A DNA stretch of 64,000 nt from Octopus vulgaris. Taxonomy: Eukaryota. The notes beneath the pieces were generated by a model that searched no databases, was not told the DNA's origin, and saw only the letters and a list, made by a program, of their open reading frames with translations. Location: contig OX597814.1 of assembly GCA_951406725.2 (NCBI GenBank), forward strand, positions 45,012,001 through 45,076,000, read 5' to 3'. The position numbers and the translations under genes are program-made. How positions within the stretch are numbered: position 1 is the first letter of the stretch; each line of letters starts with the position of its first letter. Positions 40,030 to 53,480 of the stretch are shown here, in pieces.

Positions 40030-41540
40030 CTTCCTCTCATCCAAATCTTGCATTGGTTAGAAGTTTCTTAAGATTTGGTGGTTGCCTTCGGCTGTTGGTT
40101 ATATGTTGATCTTTGATTATTTGTCGGAGACATGAGGACTGGTGTAGAATTGGTAGAAGACGTTTGGCTGTTTGTAGAATATCGTGGTTCTTAGGATTGT
40201 GAGTAATAACAAATGGGATATTTTTATGTTCATTTTTTCGTTTATCCTCAGTGTGAGTGTTTTTTTTTTCTTCTTAGTGTAGAGATTTTTAGCTTCAGTT
40301 ATCGCTTGGTCTATTAGTTTGGTGGGGTATTTTTGTTTTTTGAGGAACAAGTTAAGTTCTGCAAGTTGTCTTTTTCTTCTATTTGTCTCTGAAACTACTG
40401 TACATATTTGTCTTGCCATATTAAAGGGTATGTTCCTTTTTGGAACATATTGGTGTGTGTCCATGTTTTTGTAATAGAGGTCAGTTGTTATAATCTCATT
40501 CTCTTTAATTATTAAGATATCTAAGGGGACTTCCTTTTCATTCATTTCCATAGTTAATTAGATTGATCCATGGACGCTGCTTATTATTTTAAATATTTTT
40601 AAGGTCTTCCTTACTTTAGTTCCAGAATATAAGCAGTCATCCAAGTATCTTTTCCAGTTTTCCACTAGGTATGAGTGGAAGTTTTGGCCAAAAGAAATTT
40701 GAGACAAGCAGTAGATTTTTTTTCTTCCAAATAATCCATTACTAGTGTGGCAAGTCTAGGTGCTACTCTGGTACCCATCGCAGTTCCACGTATTTGTAGG
40801 TAGTATTGGTTGTCAAAGAAGAAGTAGTTATTTTCTAGTACTAGCTGTAGCCCTTCACGTATGAACTCCTTAGAGAATCTTTCTTGGATTCCTTGTGGAT
40901 GTTTGTGCATCCAGAACTCTATTGCTTCTCGTCCTAAGTTATGGGGGATATTGGTGTAGAGGCAGACTACAACAAAGCTGACTAATATGGTTTCTTTGTT
41001 CACTCTTTTTGGAATGTGGTTTAGGAAATCCATATAATCCCTAATAAAACTAGGGACCAATTTACATAAGGGTTTTAGAATTGTGTCAAGCAAGATGCTT
41101 AGTCTTTGTGTGCTTGATGATAGTCTTACTACAATTGGTCTTAATTTAAGATCAGATGGTCTGAGAACCTTTATCTGGGAAGTCTGGATGTCCTTCAAAC
41201 AGAATTAGATTTCTTTAGATTTCTTGGTTCTCTGAAGACCATAGAAGTTACTGGTTTTTACTTCAAACTTAGTAAGGTAATCTACCTCTTTTCTTTGTAA
41301 GTTCATTTTTATATGTGTTTGTAAATTTACTAATCTTATTTATTGTATACCTATCTAGATTATTTTCTAATTTTTTGCAGAAGTGTTGGTCATTTAGGTG
41401 TTCAAGGACCATTCCTCTATAATGGAGTTTGTCCATTATGACAATTACCCCTTCTTTGTCCGCTTCTTTAATAATTATTGAGTGATCTTTTTGTAAAGAT
41501 TCCAAAGTTTCTTTTTCCTCATGCGTAGAAGGCAAAACAA
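40030..41540 (-). mobile_element. Penelope-like element reverse transcriptase, frameshifted
   Basis: IIIKEADKEGVIVIMDK, LRPIV, LYTNIPH, YLQIRGTAMGTRVAP, WKRYLDD (~40640), LDILI and TDLYYK...HQY are PLE RT and thumb motifs. Confidence 0.93.
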
Positions 41541-41791
41541 GAATATTTCATAAGATTTCTGAGTAAGAAACTAAACCGGAAATAGTCAATAATAAATTTT
41601 TACTGAAAACAACTTCACTATATACAATAACACGTGCTTAAAAATGTTAAGATTTGAAAGCACTTGCAATTCTATAAAAACAAAGCCTACACACATTTTG
41701 TGAAATCTCTTCCCAACAGTTAGTGCCTTTCGACTTTCTACAGAGGTTTTTTACTCAAACTTAACTCTTTGAAAAAAATTCTTCTTTCCAT

Positions 41792-41869
<78 letters not shown>

Positions 41870-41932
41870 CAAGATTATTTACGTACATTTATTAATTCAT
41901 CTAATTAATTATTTTATTATTGTTGTTATCTT

Positions 41933-42036
41933 TAACCTGAAGAGTGGCTATATTTATATTAAAGTGATTTTACTACTACTACTATTATTTTTACTATTAT
42001 CATTTCTTAAATATAGCCACGAAACACGTGTCGTTA
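41933..42036 (+). ncRNA. Intact-looking type-I hammerhead ribozyme
   Basis: Stem I TAAC/GTTA; CTGAAGA (41937-41943); perfect 13-bp stem II GTGGCTATATTTA/TAAATATAGCCAC; GAAA; palindromic CACGTG; GTC cleavage triplet. Confidence 0.85.
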
Positions 42037-42207
42037 TCCTACCAAATATATACGTTATATTTATTATTTTGCACATTACTTAATCATCGTTATATGTTTT
42101 AATCTTTCTATAATATGTAATTTTCTAGATGGTATAATTTAATTTTAAATTATTGAATTGATAAACGGTATTTTTCCCTAATTTGTGTGTATATATATAT
42201 ATATATA

Positions 42208-42344
42208 TATAACCACCAACATTGATTTTGGGTAGAGAATGTATAGTGAAAGATGCCCAACAAAATAATAATTATCGCTTTACAGTCATATCCAAGTAAT
42301 CTGGTTACTATATACATATATACATACAAACATACAGACATACA

Positions 42345-42380
<36 letters not shown>

Positions 42381-42398
42381 CAAACATACAGACATACA

Positions 42399-42452
<54 letters not shown>

Positions 42453-42476
42453 TATATACAAACATACATACATACA

Positions 42477-42518
<42 letters not shown>

Positions 42519-42655
42519 TGTATGTATGTATGTTTGTATGTATATATGTATATAGTAACCAGATTACTTGGATATGACTGTACAGCGATAATTATTATTT
42601 TGTTGGGCATCTTTCACTATACATTCTCTACCCAAAATCAATGCTGGTGGTTATA
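42208..42655. repeat. Long inverted repeat centred on TA/TACA microsatellite
   Basis: aaccaccaacattgattttgggtagagaatg...ggttactatatac is repeated in reverse complement with 2 mismatches over ~100 bp of unique sequence. Confidence 0.95.
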
Positions 42656-42919
42656 GCTCTTTAGCGTGCACCAATTTCGTAAAACCTTTATTACCTGGTA
42701 TATCAATCAACTGTCTTGTCAGTAAATAATTCGTGTATAACTGTTAATTAAGTATTGAAAGGTGCACTGGTAACTTTTTATCAACAATAGGGAGGTCATG
42801 TCCCATCACCTTCTTAAACCTTTTAAAGCCGTTTCTGCAATAGAAATTTATTTTTAGCCTGGTGTGGTATCCACTTTAATTCTTAAAGGGGATTATTATG
42901 ATGAAGACATTGCTCAGAT

Positions 42920-43475
<556 letters not shown>

Positions 43476-45536
43476 ACAAGTACACATCTTTCTTAAGGCT
43501 TTTTCGTAAAACAAGGTTGACAGGTTGCTCCATTATGAATGTGACAATACAGAAATAATAATGATTTACAAAATAAACACGAGGTAGCAAGTTATGGAGT
43601 GGAGAACGGAGTCCATTAGATCATCTCTGTAGTTAGCTTTGAACTCAGAACGTCAAGGGCAAAAATATAACGTTAAACAATAATTTTAATCAGGTTCAAT
43701 GTTTAGTAAAATAAGCATTCAAACCACAACCTCGAGAGAATCGGGGTACACAACAACTAGGATCGCCTTTCACTCTGATCATCTTCTACAAACTCCAATG
43801 AGACGTACCAGTACAGAGTGACAAAATGAGCCAAGCAAACTGTCAGGATGTAATTAATGTATATACTCTGATACACATCTGGATTTCTTCTTACCAAACG
43901 TTGTCGAAAGCCATTGGAAATTGTGAAAGTACAAGGCTCTTGAAGTTTAAATATCAAAGATGTTGGCCATGAAGGTGAAAAGACTATAAACATCAACTGA
44001 GGCTCACGGTATGATTAATAATATGAACAAAGCCATAAAAACTATAACGGGGCTCACAATGTTATATACAATCCCAATGATAATCCTACCAGGTACAGTC
44101 TGCATCGTTTACACAACAATTTGAGCTCAATAGCAGAACTGTTAAGTTAAGTAGTGGTGTGTTGGAAAAACAGTCGGAAATTGGCAGACATCTTTTGAGA
44201 GCATTTTTAAAACATCAGACTATGCAGCACCGAATAGTTTCGACCTGTAGCTTACCATTTCAGTCCTAAAGGACAAAATTGCTTAAATTTCTCTATCTTT
44301 AGTGTCATTTTAGACCGCTTTCAGTTGGTGCTACGAATAACGTGGACTCAATCTGAATGAACAAACTGCCTCGCTTTCCTATGCTAACACTGCCTTCTCA
44401 AAGACTAATAAGCGTTTCCCTATGCATTTCTTATCTTTGTTTCTTACCACGAATAAACGTACACGTACAAATAACTTATCTTCCCTACTGTCCATCAACC
44501 CATTAAATTCGCACACACTCCCATGGCATTATGTTCCATTCATTACAACTACACAGTAGTAGATATTTACCAACACATAAACACACACACACACACGCAA
44601 ATACACACACACACACACACACACACGAACCTAACACAAGTAAGCACACGTAACTTGAGACATATATACGTACATACCTTCAAACACACACACACGCAGA
44701 CATGCACACGCGCGCACACACACACGTAAATACGTTCTCAATAAAACAAATATACACACAAAAAAACAGATATTTTGCTGTTATCTCCCTTGAAAGAACG
44801 TTGAACTCTCATATTTCTTTCTTGCAACATGAAATTGATTACCTTGTAGTCTTGTTTATTTTGGATGGATTTTTTTTTAATTTCTGAAATAATCTTTTTG
44901 AATGTCATTACTACTTTGAGTCAGACACTGCCTCCGGGTGGGTCAGACTGGCTTATTATTCGACAAGCTGGCAAAATTCTTCGCAGCGTTTTGTCATTTC
45001 AAATTCACCCGTTATAAACCTTGCCTTTCATCCTATCGCTGTCGATAAATTAAGTACCAGTAAAACACCGGGTCGTTGTAATCGACAAGGCCCCTTCCAC
45101 AAACTATTGTGGGCTCTTACAGCCCTCTCCCTCTTAAGTTGACACATTCGAACACACAGACACAGTCTTTTCACCTCCTGACCGTTAATTCTTTCTCTCT
45201 GCCTTCTACACACACATTCACGCATTCACAGACACACACACACACACACATTAAGGCAATTTTACACACTCATACATACGAGCACTCAGTCATAAAATAA
45301 ATCAAATATAAACACCAGTCATTCAGAATACATTCCCTCACTTTAATTTTCTTTTACCTTCCTTCTCCAGCCTTCATTGAACCCTTGAACTATTTTAACT
45401 GATATTTTCTCCTACTTTCAACCAATCTGGCGTCACCCCCTATAAATAGACATTATTTTTCATTATCTCTATGGGCTCCTCGTGAGCAGTCATCGAAAAA
45501 CTTGTTGTACATTTTGTTGGAGAATTAAGTTCCTGG

Positions 45537-45622
45537 ATTTTCCTGAAGAGAAAGCTGCATTATGGACTCCTTATTCATTCGGAATTAGGGATTTTGCAGA
45601 CTTCGAAACATATGTCGAAAAT
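45537..45622 (+). ncRNA. Type-I hammerhead ribozyme
   Basis: Stem I ATTTTC/GAAAAT; CTGAAGA (45543-45549); stem II GAAAGCTGCA/TGCAGACTTC (8 of 10 pairs); GAAA-CATATG-TC. Lies just upstream of a long (TA)n. Confidence 0.8.
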
Positions 45623-45667
45623 AAAATAAAGGAACTTTGTTAAATCTTCGTTCAGCTCCATTCTTTC

Positions 45668-45776
<109 letters not shown>

Positions 45777-47731
45777 ATATACATATGTATATATTTAAAC
45801 TTCAACATCTTTTCTCAGGACTGGTCGACTTTCAACATTCTTGCTTCAATTCAAACAGGCAGTGAAGAGACTTATCGATGTCTGACGTCAAATACTTCGA
45901 ATTTTTCGGGTTTTTTCGAAAATATTCCTCCAAATTCAAGAATAAATCACCGAAAACTATATTAGGACTCTCACTAATGTTAGAGGCATTCATCAAAGAC
46001 TATTTTGATTCAAAATATAAATCCCGTTCTCCATAAGCTGAGCAATCGACGAACAGAACACGTTCATACACGCTTTATCGCAGTGATACATTGAGGTATG
46101 CCATTTTGTGTCAGTTGATCATTAACTTATATATTTGTAGCATTAGAGAATTGTACTCAGGCAAGGCTAGGTAGGACATACAGTTGATACCTATTTAAGA
46201 CAGGAAGATTAAAACAAATCTGCTCATGGGTATAAATGTTGAGTGCTCGAAATGTTGCCATTTTGGACACTATTTTTCTGTTTCATTCACACAGTAAAAA
46301 TAAACTGACACCCGTATACTAGAATTTTCTGGATTAGTCATGGTTGTATTAAAACACAACATATATAAAAAATAATTAGGTGCGTCTAGACACAGTACAG
46401 CGTCAGTGATTTTTTCATGAAACGTGTCAATGTTTTTTCTCGATTATTTTCCAGTTATTTATATTTATGCCAATAATATTCTTCAGCATTTTATTTCTCC
46501 TCCCTAACAAAAATCATCCATGGGGTATTGTGCTTATAGAAGCAAGTCAGTGTGTGTTTATATGTTCTTGATAGAGAAAATAGCATGTATAAATCTTTAT
46601 AAGATATTATATAAATGTCTGTTTATCATTAAGTATATGTTTACTTATCTATACGTGCGTACGTAATTATATAGTAAAATATCATTAAAAGAATGAATAT
46701 GCGTGCACTTTAATGTATTTTTTATATATTTTTAATTATATATGTATCTATAAATGTGTGTGAGCATATATGTGTGCATATTCCCAAATGTATAGTCTTT
46801 TATTTATTTATTTACTTTGGGCAATCACACACGACCCATCACTCTGAATAGCTGAATAATTGAAATAAGAATGAATCTAACATGCCTGTTTGTCTGTAGA
46901 TTTTACCCTTCCTTCTAATACGCTTTAAATAACATATTATTGCATCTTATCTTCGGATTTTTCTCCTTTGGGATAGTCCATTGTGTATTTGTAAAATACT
47001 TCATAAAAAAAAGATTTCAATGTAGTGAGCGACAAACAGTTGAACAGAGAGTCACACAGATAGAGAGACAAGCAAGGAAATAGAGAAGTAGAGAGAGCTT
47101 CCAAGAATAAATGATTTTTATTCCATTTGTCACAAAACCATAAATAGTTTTATTCAATATGTGATGCGGTATAAATAACTTCATTCAAAAGCTCCTAACA
47201 CAAATATTCTCTCAGGGTCGGTATTATGAGGCAACTTCTAAATATCCCAATAGAAATTATTAGAATCTTCATTGCAGAAAAAGTCGACAACAAACAGCAA
47301 ACAATACATTCTCAGAGAAATATACATAAACAGACAGTTACTTTAATGACAAACATCGCCATTACAAATTCTGTCCAGAGACTTTGGTAGAATCATTAAT
47401 AAAATAAAATAAAAAGTTATTTAGTGAAAACTAAATTATCATGTGTGTGCACACACGCATGTTGATTTGTGCGAATACAGAAGAGAGTGAGAAAAATTTG
47501 ATGAGAAAATAAGTAGGGTGAGTACAGAATGATAGAGAGGGGACATCAAGTGAAAGACAGTGAGAAAGCAGAAAGAAAACCATTAAAAAATAATTAAAAT
47601 GAATAAAAGAAAGAATTTAAAAGACAGTAGTACAAGACACCATGTCTACAATGATGATAAAATGAAGTTTAATAGAAAAAGGTGCTGATGTTATCAGTTA
47701 AAAGAATTGGCTTAAAAGTTAATAGTTTTAG

Positions 47732-47838
47732 AATATCAGCTTCCAAAATCATATTTCCATAACCAACACCCTTACAGACATTTATGAACCAATAACAAAT
47801 ATTATGGGTATATTCGACTATACTAATAATTCCGTTAG
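47732..47838 (+). other. Candidate spliced exon (107 nt)
   Basis: ttttag acceptor, consensus AG|GTGAGT donor, one open frame NISFQNHISITNTLTDIYEPITNIMGIFDYTNNSV. No homology recognised. Confidence 0.25.
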
Positions 47839-48513
47839 GTGAGTATTTATGTAATAACATTTTTAAAACCATTTTTTCTTAATCATTTGACAGAATATTA
47901 ACAGTAATAATAACCATATTAATAATGCATAAACTAAGAATATCTTCAATTGCGTCACGTACACTTTCTAATTTCGGTGAAAAGCGTCCAGACGGTTAGC
48001 AACTATTTATAAGCATTTTATTTTAACAATAACCCACTAGGTAAATGAACTGACGGAGGAGACTCTATATAGCACATGATGGAAGTAGCAGCTAAATACT
48101 CCAGAAATTTGCCGCAGCCGGAACGCTTTTGGCTGTAAGATTCCTAGATCGGAGATACTGTGAGACTAAGCAACAATAGAAGTTTAGATTATGTTTTTTT
48201 ATCACAAAGTACATGACTGTACATCAGTATATATATCATAGGTTTTCTATGTCCTCTATCATAAGAGCCGTGTTATCCTCCGCTCGTCATACGCGCAGAT
48301 CATGACGGTTTTCAAGTAATTAATTTTTATTATCATTTTCATCACTCCACCTCCTGATACTCAGAGAAGCGTTAGAACGGGCGAAGGAATAAGTTTATCG
48401 ACCAAGTTGCCCGTAAGGATTTGAACTCAACAGGACAGATTGGATGAAAGGCAATAATTTAACAACCGGAATTTTACTCATTACAAATACTGCCTGGAAT
48501 TCTGTCAAAAGAA

Positions 48514-49033
48514 GGTGGCGAGCAGATAGAAACGTTTGAACACCGGGGCGAAATGCTTAGCGGTATTTCATCTGTCTCTACGTTCTGGGTTCAAATTCCG
48601 CCGAGGTCGACTTTGCCTTTCATCCTTTCGGGGTCGATAAATTATGTACCAGTTACGCATTGGGGTTGATGTAATCGACTTAATCCGTTTGTCTGTCCTT
48701 GTTTGTCCCCTCTGTGTGTAGCCCCTTGTGGGTAGTACAGAAATAGGTATTTCGTCTGTCTTTACGTTCTGAGTTCAAATTCCGCCGAGGTCGACTATGC
48801 CTTTCATCCTTTCGGAATGAAATACCGACGAAATACTTATTTCTTTATTGCCCACAAGGGGCTAAACACAGAGAGGACAAACAAGTACAGACAAACGGAT
48901 TAAGTAGATTACATCGACTCCAGTGCGTAACTGGTACTTAATTTATCGAACCCGAAAGGATGAAAGGCAAAGTCGACCTCGGCGGAATTTGAACTCAGAA
49001 CGGCGCGCTAACGTTTCTGCCAGCTCGTTGCCT
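48514..49033. mobile_element. Two family A SINEs in inverted (tail-to-tail) orientation
   Basis: Plus copy at 48514-48815 and minus copy at ~48828-49033. Confidence 0.92.
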
Positions 49034-51453
49034 TGTCAGATAAATATTACTAACATACACGGACATATTTAGAAGTATGAGAGTTTTAATATGGTTACTT
49101 GATCTGCTAGAAATAGCAGTAAAATCTCCTTTAAATCCGACACAATGACACATCTTATTCATGAAAACGAAACCTTGATTATACAAAGCGCTACTGTAAA
49201 CAATACAATGAGTATTTTAGATTAAAAATGTATATATTTATAAGAACAGTGCAATACAATAACAGGGAAAGTCATTTTTGTCATGTATTTCACACAAAAA
49301 GAAATCTTTATTATTAAAATTTTATTAATTATAGTTAAAAATATTTCAAACGTAATAAGAAAATCATCAATATTCATTTGCTAAATTAAATGTTTATAGA
49401 AAAATTATAATTTTTTTAAGCAACATTTTACAATTTCTGAAATAAAAATAAAAAAATGTATCATGTTATGTGTAACCAGTACACGCAGAGCAAGATGTAT
49501 AATTAGATTTAATAACTTTTTGTTTTTATTTCTCTCAATTGCAATTTGATCAAATATGTTTTATACAACGGCTGAATATGAACGAGCAATGCACAGTGTC
49601 TCACAGACAAGCCACAAAAATACAGCAACAAGCAAGAAGATAGGAAATGAACGAGAACAGAAAGAGAAGACGAAATATAAATACATGCAGCTCGACGAAG
49701 ACAAACAGAGGAAAGATTTCTCAGGGGCATCGTGGATGCAGTTTGGCTCAAAATATGATGCATCATAGACAGGTAAGAGAGGAACTTTCTTAAGATCAAC
49801 GTAAACCGATTTTAGAACAAGATACTGAGCAGCATCGTCAAGCAGACCGTCGACGTTTGCATGAAGATAGATAGCCATTTTGTAGCTCAAAAGAGAATTT
49901 TCAAAATAGACAAGCAAGGATATTAATGTTGCAAAACAGAGTAACATAGACTCAATAGTAGAATCTTTCAATAGGACCCATCATAGTTAAGGTGTTGGTT
50001 AATGGATCTGAATTGCTGCCATTATAAAGCACTAATATTCAAAAGAGGATGCACTGATTGACCATTCCTGATTTTGATAATAGTTGTAAATCTACTTTGC
50101 CAGATTTATCTGACGAGCGTCATCAGTCGTTCATACTTGAGTCACCAGATGCAAAACATTTCAGAAAAAAACACACGAAGGTGCAATAATGTTACGGCTA
50201 TGAGTAACATGAACACAAACGGAGCTACGGTTGCTCGAAACCTTTCTACTTATATATTTCGTGAAGACTTTTAGAGATACTTTGGATCACCAAGAATATC
50301 TGATACTGATACGCCATCCTGTCTGCGAGCTTATCTTTACAATTCTGAAGAACAACTTCGACAGCAGGGTATACAGGGATAGCTACAGATAATGGAAGAA
50401 AAAATAATGATGCAGTTATTTTCCATATGCTTCATTCTACGATCGATTCAGCTCACAACACTTATTTGCAATCATTCCTGTCTGTTTAAGAACAAATTGA
50501 TGCTGGCACAACACCAAGAAATGTTTTTATTTGATATACGCTGACAATAAAAGGCTTCATAGCAAACACTCCAGAGGGAACAACTTACCTGCATGTGACA
50601 AGGTTTCTGTATTGCTGTCTATTAAGAACGAGGAAACATTAAACTGGCAGAATGCTGGTTAGCAACAATTAGCAGCATTTTAAATAATTAGGGACTCACA
50701 TTGAGCCTATGACATCATGATATATCTATGACTTTTCATTTTGTTTTTGTTTTGTTTCGTTTTACCGGATGGTTTTGCTGAATGGCTTTGACGAAATCAT
50801 AGAAGCAATAGAAAAACGACACGTCGACAATTTTAGCCTTTTCGGATAATGAAGAAAGATGAATCGGATAATATATTGCATCAAGAACACCTACAGTTTT
50901 GTGTAGATCAATGTGCCAAAGTCCAGTCAGCTCGCTTCAGAGATATTCGAATCAATCAACAGGCCCTACAAGCAGACCTAGAAACTTGTCTACCAGCTGC
51001 AATCATTACGGGCGATGCTGATCAGACTGAAGATGATATGTACTTCCAAAACACATTTACAGGCCGTTTGACATAAATAGGAAAGAACAACTTTGATGCG
51101 ATGGCTATCGTGCGGAAATTTGGAAATTCAACATTATTTGTGACATTTACCTTCAAACCAAAATCGGAAGAAATTATATGAGAACTTAATATAGATCAAA
51201 CCACCGTAGAGTATTCTAATATAACTGTATGAATTTTCAAACTGAAGTGGCAGCAGCCTCTACAAAATTTCCAGTCTGTCGTTCTAGAAAAGAGATTTAC
51301 CTCATTATATTTTTGACTTGGTTTCTTATTTTCGTGTGTGTGTTTTTTGTTGTTTTTTTTATAATAGGAAACAACGTCAACGCATAGCAAGAAAAATCCA
51401 CAAATTTTCTCTGTTAAACATCAGTGACCTGAATAATAATAATAATAATAATA

Positions 51454-51509
<56 letters not shown>

Positions 51510-53248
51510 CTGATATGCTCTATCTGATATGCTAAATAGAACTGGATGCAGATATAAATGTTACGGCAAAACGATCAGCCACCTTTTATATATGGATGAC
51601 CTAAAACTATACGCTGCAATTGACAAACAGCTGGAAACACTATTAAAGACAGTTCATGGATTTACCAAAGAAAAAGATATGAAATTTGGATTAGAAAAAT
51701 GCGCCAAAGTAACCATGAAAAGAGGAAAACTAGTTAAGAGTAACAACATCACACTAGATAAAACCAATGAAATAAAAGAATTAGACCAAAGCCAAACTTA
51801 CAAATACTTAGGAATCCATGAACTAGATAAGACACAACACACACAAATGAAAGAGAAAATAAAAAAAGAATATTATAGACGAGTTAGATCAATACTAAGC
51901 ACAGAGCTCAATGCTAAAAACAAGATAATAGGCATCAACACTTTAGCTGTCCCAGTTATAAGTTACAGCTACAGTATCCTTAACTGGACACGAAATGAAC
52001 TGACCAAAATAGATAGGAAAACAAGAAGAATAATGACAGGATCTAGAATGCATCACCCAAAATCTGACATAGAAAGACTATATATACAACGTATAGAAGG
52101 TGGTAGAGGCCTTATACAGCTGGAAAACTACTATAAAGTAACCACCATAGGACTGCAAAAATACCTACTTCAGAAGGAAGGAAAACTGATCCAGATAGCG
52201 GCAAAAGACGAGCAAAGCAAAAAACTGTTCTCAGTATTTAAGGAAGCTGACAAATACAAACAAGAAATCATACCACCTAATAAACATGAAGACGAAGAAG
52301 AAGATGAAGAAACAACAAAAGCTATGAAACAAATGAAATCCAAACTAAAAATAGAACAGCAACTAACCATGATAAAACGATGGCAAGAAAAGCCCCTTCA
52401 TGGTAAATACTGGACTAAACTAAACGCAAAAGAAATAGACAAGGAAAAATCCCAGCAATGGTTGAGAAGCTCAGGACTCAGAAACAGCTCAGAAACAGAG
52501 GGATTTTTAATTGCAGCACAAGACCAAAGCCTCCCCACCAGAAATTACCAAAAACATGTAATCAAAAGAAATATTACAAGTAACTGCAGAATATGTGGAG
52601 ATGGACAAGAAACAATAAATCATATTATCTCTAGCTGCCCAGTCCTGGCTAAGAAGGAATATATTCACAGACATGACAGAGTTGGAACCTACATACATTG
52701 GAAGCTATGCCAACATTATGGAATAACAACAGAAAAAAGATGGTATAGGCACACACCAGAAAAGGTCACAGAAAACGAGAAAGCAACCATACTCTGGGAT
52801 ATGCCGATACACACAGATAGAGAAATTAAGGCCAACAGACCAGATATAGTTGTCAGAGATCATGAAGAAAAACAATGCTTCCTAATTGATGTATCAATAC
52901 CGGCTGATGACAACGTGTCTCTAAAAGAAATGGAGAAACTCTCAAAATACAAAGACCTGGAAATAGAGGTAACTAGAATGTGGAATCTGAAAACAGAAAC
53001 AATTCCTATCATAGTAGGTGCATTAGGCATGATAAAAAAATATTCAGACAAATACATAACAAAAACACCATGACTTACAAACACATATAACATACAGAAA
53101 ATTGCACTACTAGGCACTGCACACATCCTACGCAGAACACTTTCCATACAATAACCATCAGAGCATCACAACAAATCACAGCACATACCCAAGGCACACA
53201 GAGCTGCGCTCGGTAGTGAAGTGAAAGCACGCTATAAAAATAAAATTA

Positions 53249-53331
<83 letters not shown>
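51510..53331 (+). mobile_element. R4/Dong-type non-LTR retrotransposon, 5'-truncated young copy with a (TAA)n tail
   Basis: Microsatellite-flanked, with 3' UTR then (TAA)n. Dong elements are known to target TAA repeats. Confidence 0.93.
51529..53073 (+). CDS. Partial RT + CCHC zinc knuckle + restriction-like endonuclease (R4/Dong clade), truncated by a premature TGA
   Basis: HLLYMDDLKLY, KFGLEKC, YKYLG, GGRGL, CRIC...ETINHIISSC, RHD, NRPDIVV, LIDVSIP and EKLSKYKDL. Confidence 0.92.
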   Translation: MLNRTGCRYKCYGKTISHLLYMDDLKLYAAIDKQLETLLKTVHGFTKEKDMKFGLEKCAKVTMKRGKLVKSNNITLDKTNEIKELDQSQTYKYLGIHELDKTQHTQMKEKIKKEYYRRVRSILSTELNAKNKIIGINTLAVPVISYSYSILNWTRNELTKIDRKTRRIMTGSRMHHPKSDIERLYIQRIEGGRGLIQLENYYKVTTIGLQKYLLQKEGKLIQIAAKDEQSKKLFSVFKEADKYKQEIIPPNKHEDEEEDEETTKAMKQMKSKLKIEQQLTMIKRWQEKPLHGKYWTKLNAKEIDKEKSQQWLRSSGLRNSSETEGFLIAAQDQSLPTRNYQKHVIKRNITSNCRICGDGQETINHIISSCPVLAKKEYIHRHDRVGTYIHWKLCQHYGITTEKRWYRHTPEKVTENEKATILWDMPIHTDREIKANRPDIVVRDHEEKQCFLIDVSIPADDNVSLKEMEKLSKYKDLEIEVTRMWNLKTETIPIIVGALGMIKKYSDKYITKTP

Positions 53332-53333
<2 letters not shown>

Positions 53334-53480
53334 TCGAAAAATACCTTAGAAATGAGAACCCAGGTTCGAAATTTCCCCAAGACACCTGATGAAGGCTGGT
53401 GAGTATATCAGCTGAAACGTTGTATTAACAACAAACAAGATGAGAACAAATATCCGTCAAATGTATATAATGTAAATAAT
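53332..53480 (+). mobile_element. Hammerhead-bearing repeat module after (TAA)n (HHR at 53382-53425)
   Basis: AC-CTGATGA-A-GGCTG...CAGCT-GAAA-CG-TT-GT. Homologous to the 26218 module. Confidence 0.78.

Noticed and set aside
53071-53073. In-frame TGA as selenocysteine
   Set aside because: The homologous codon in the older copy is Gly (GGA), not Cys, and no SECIS was recognised.
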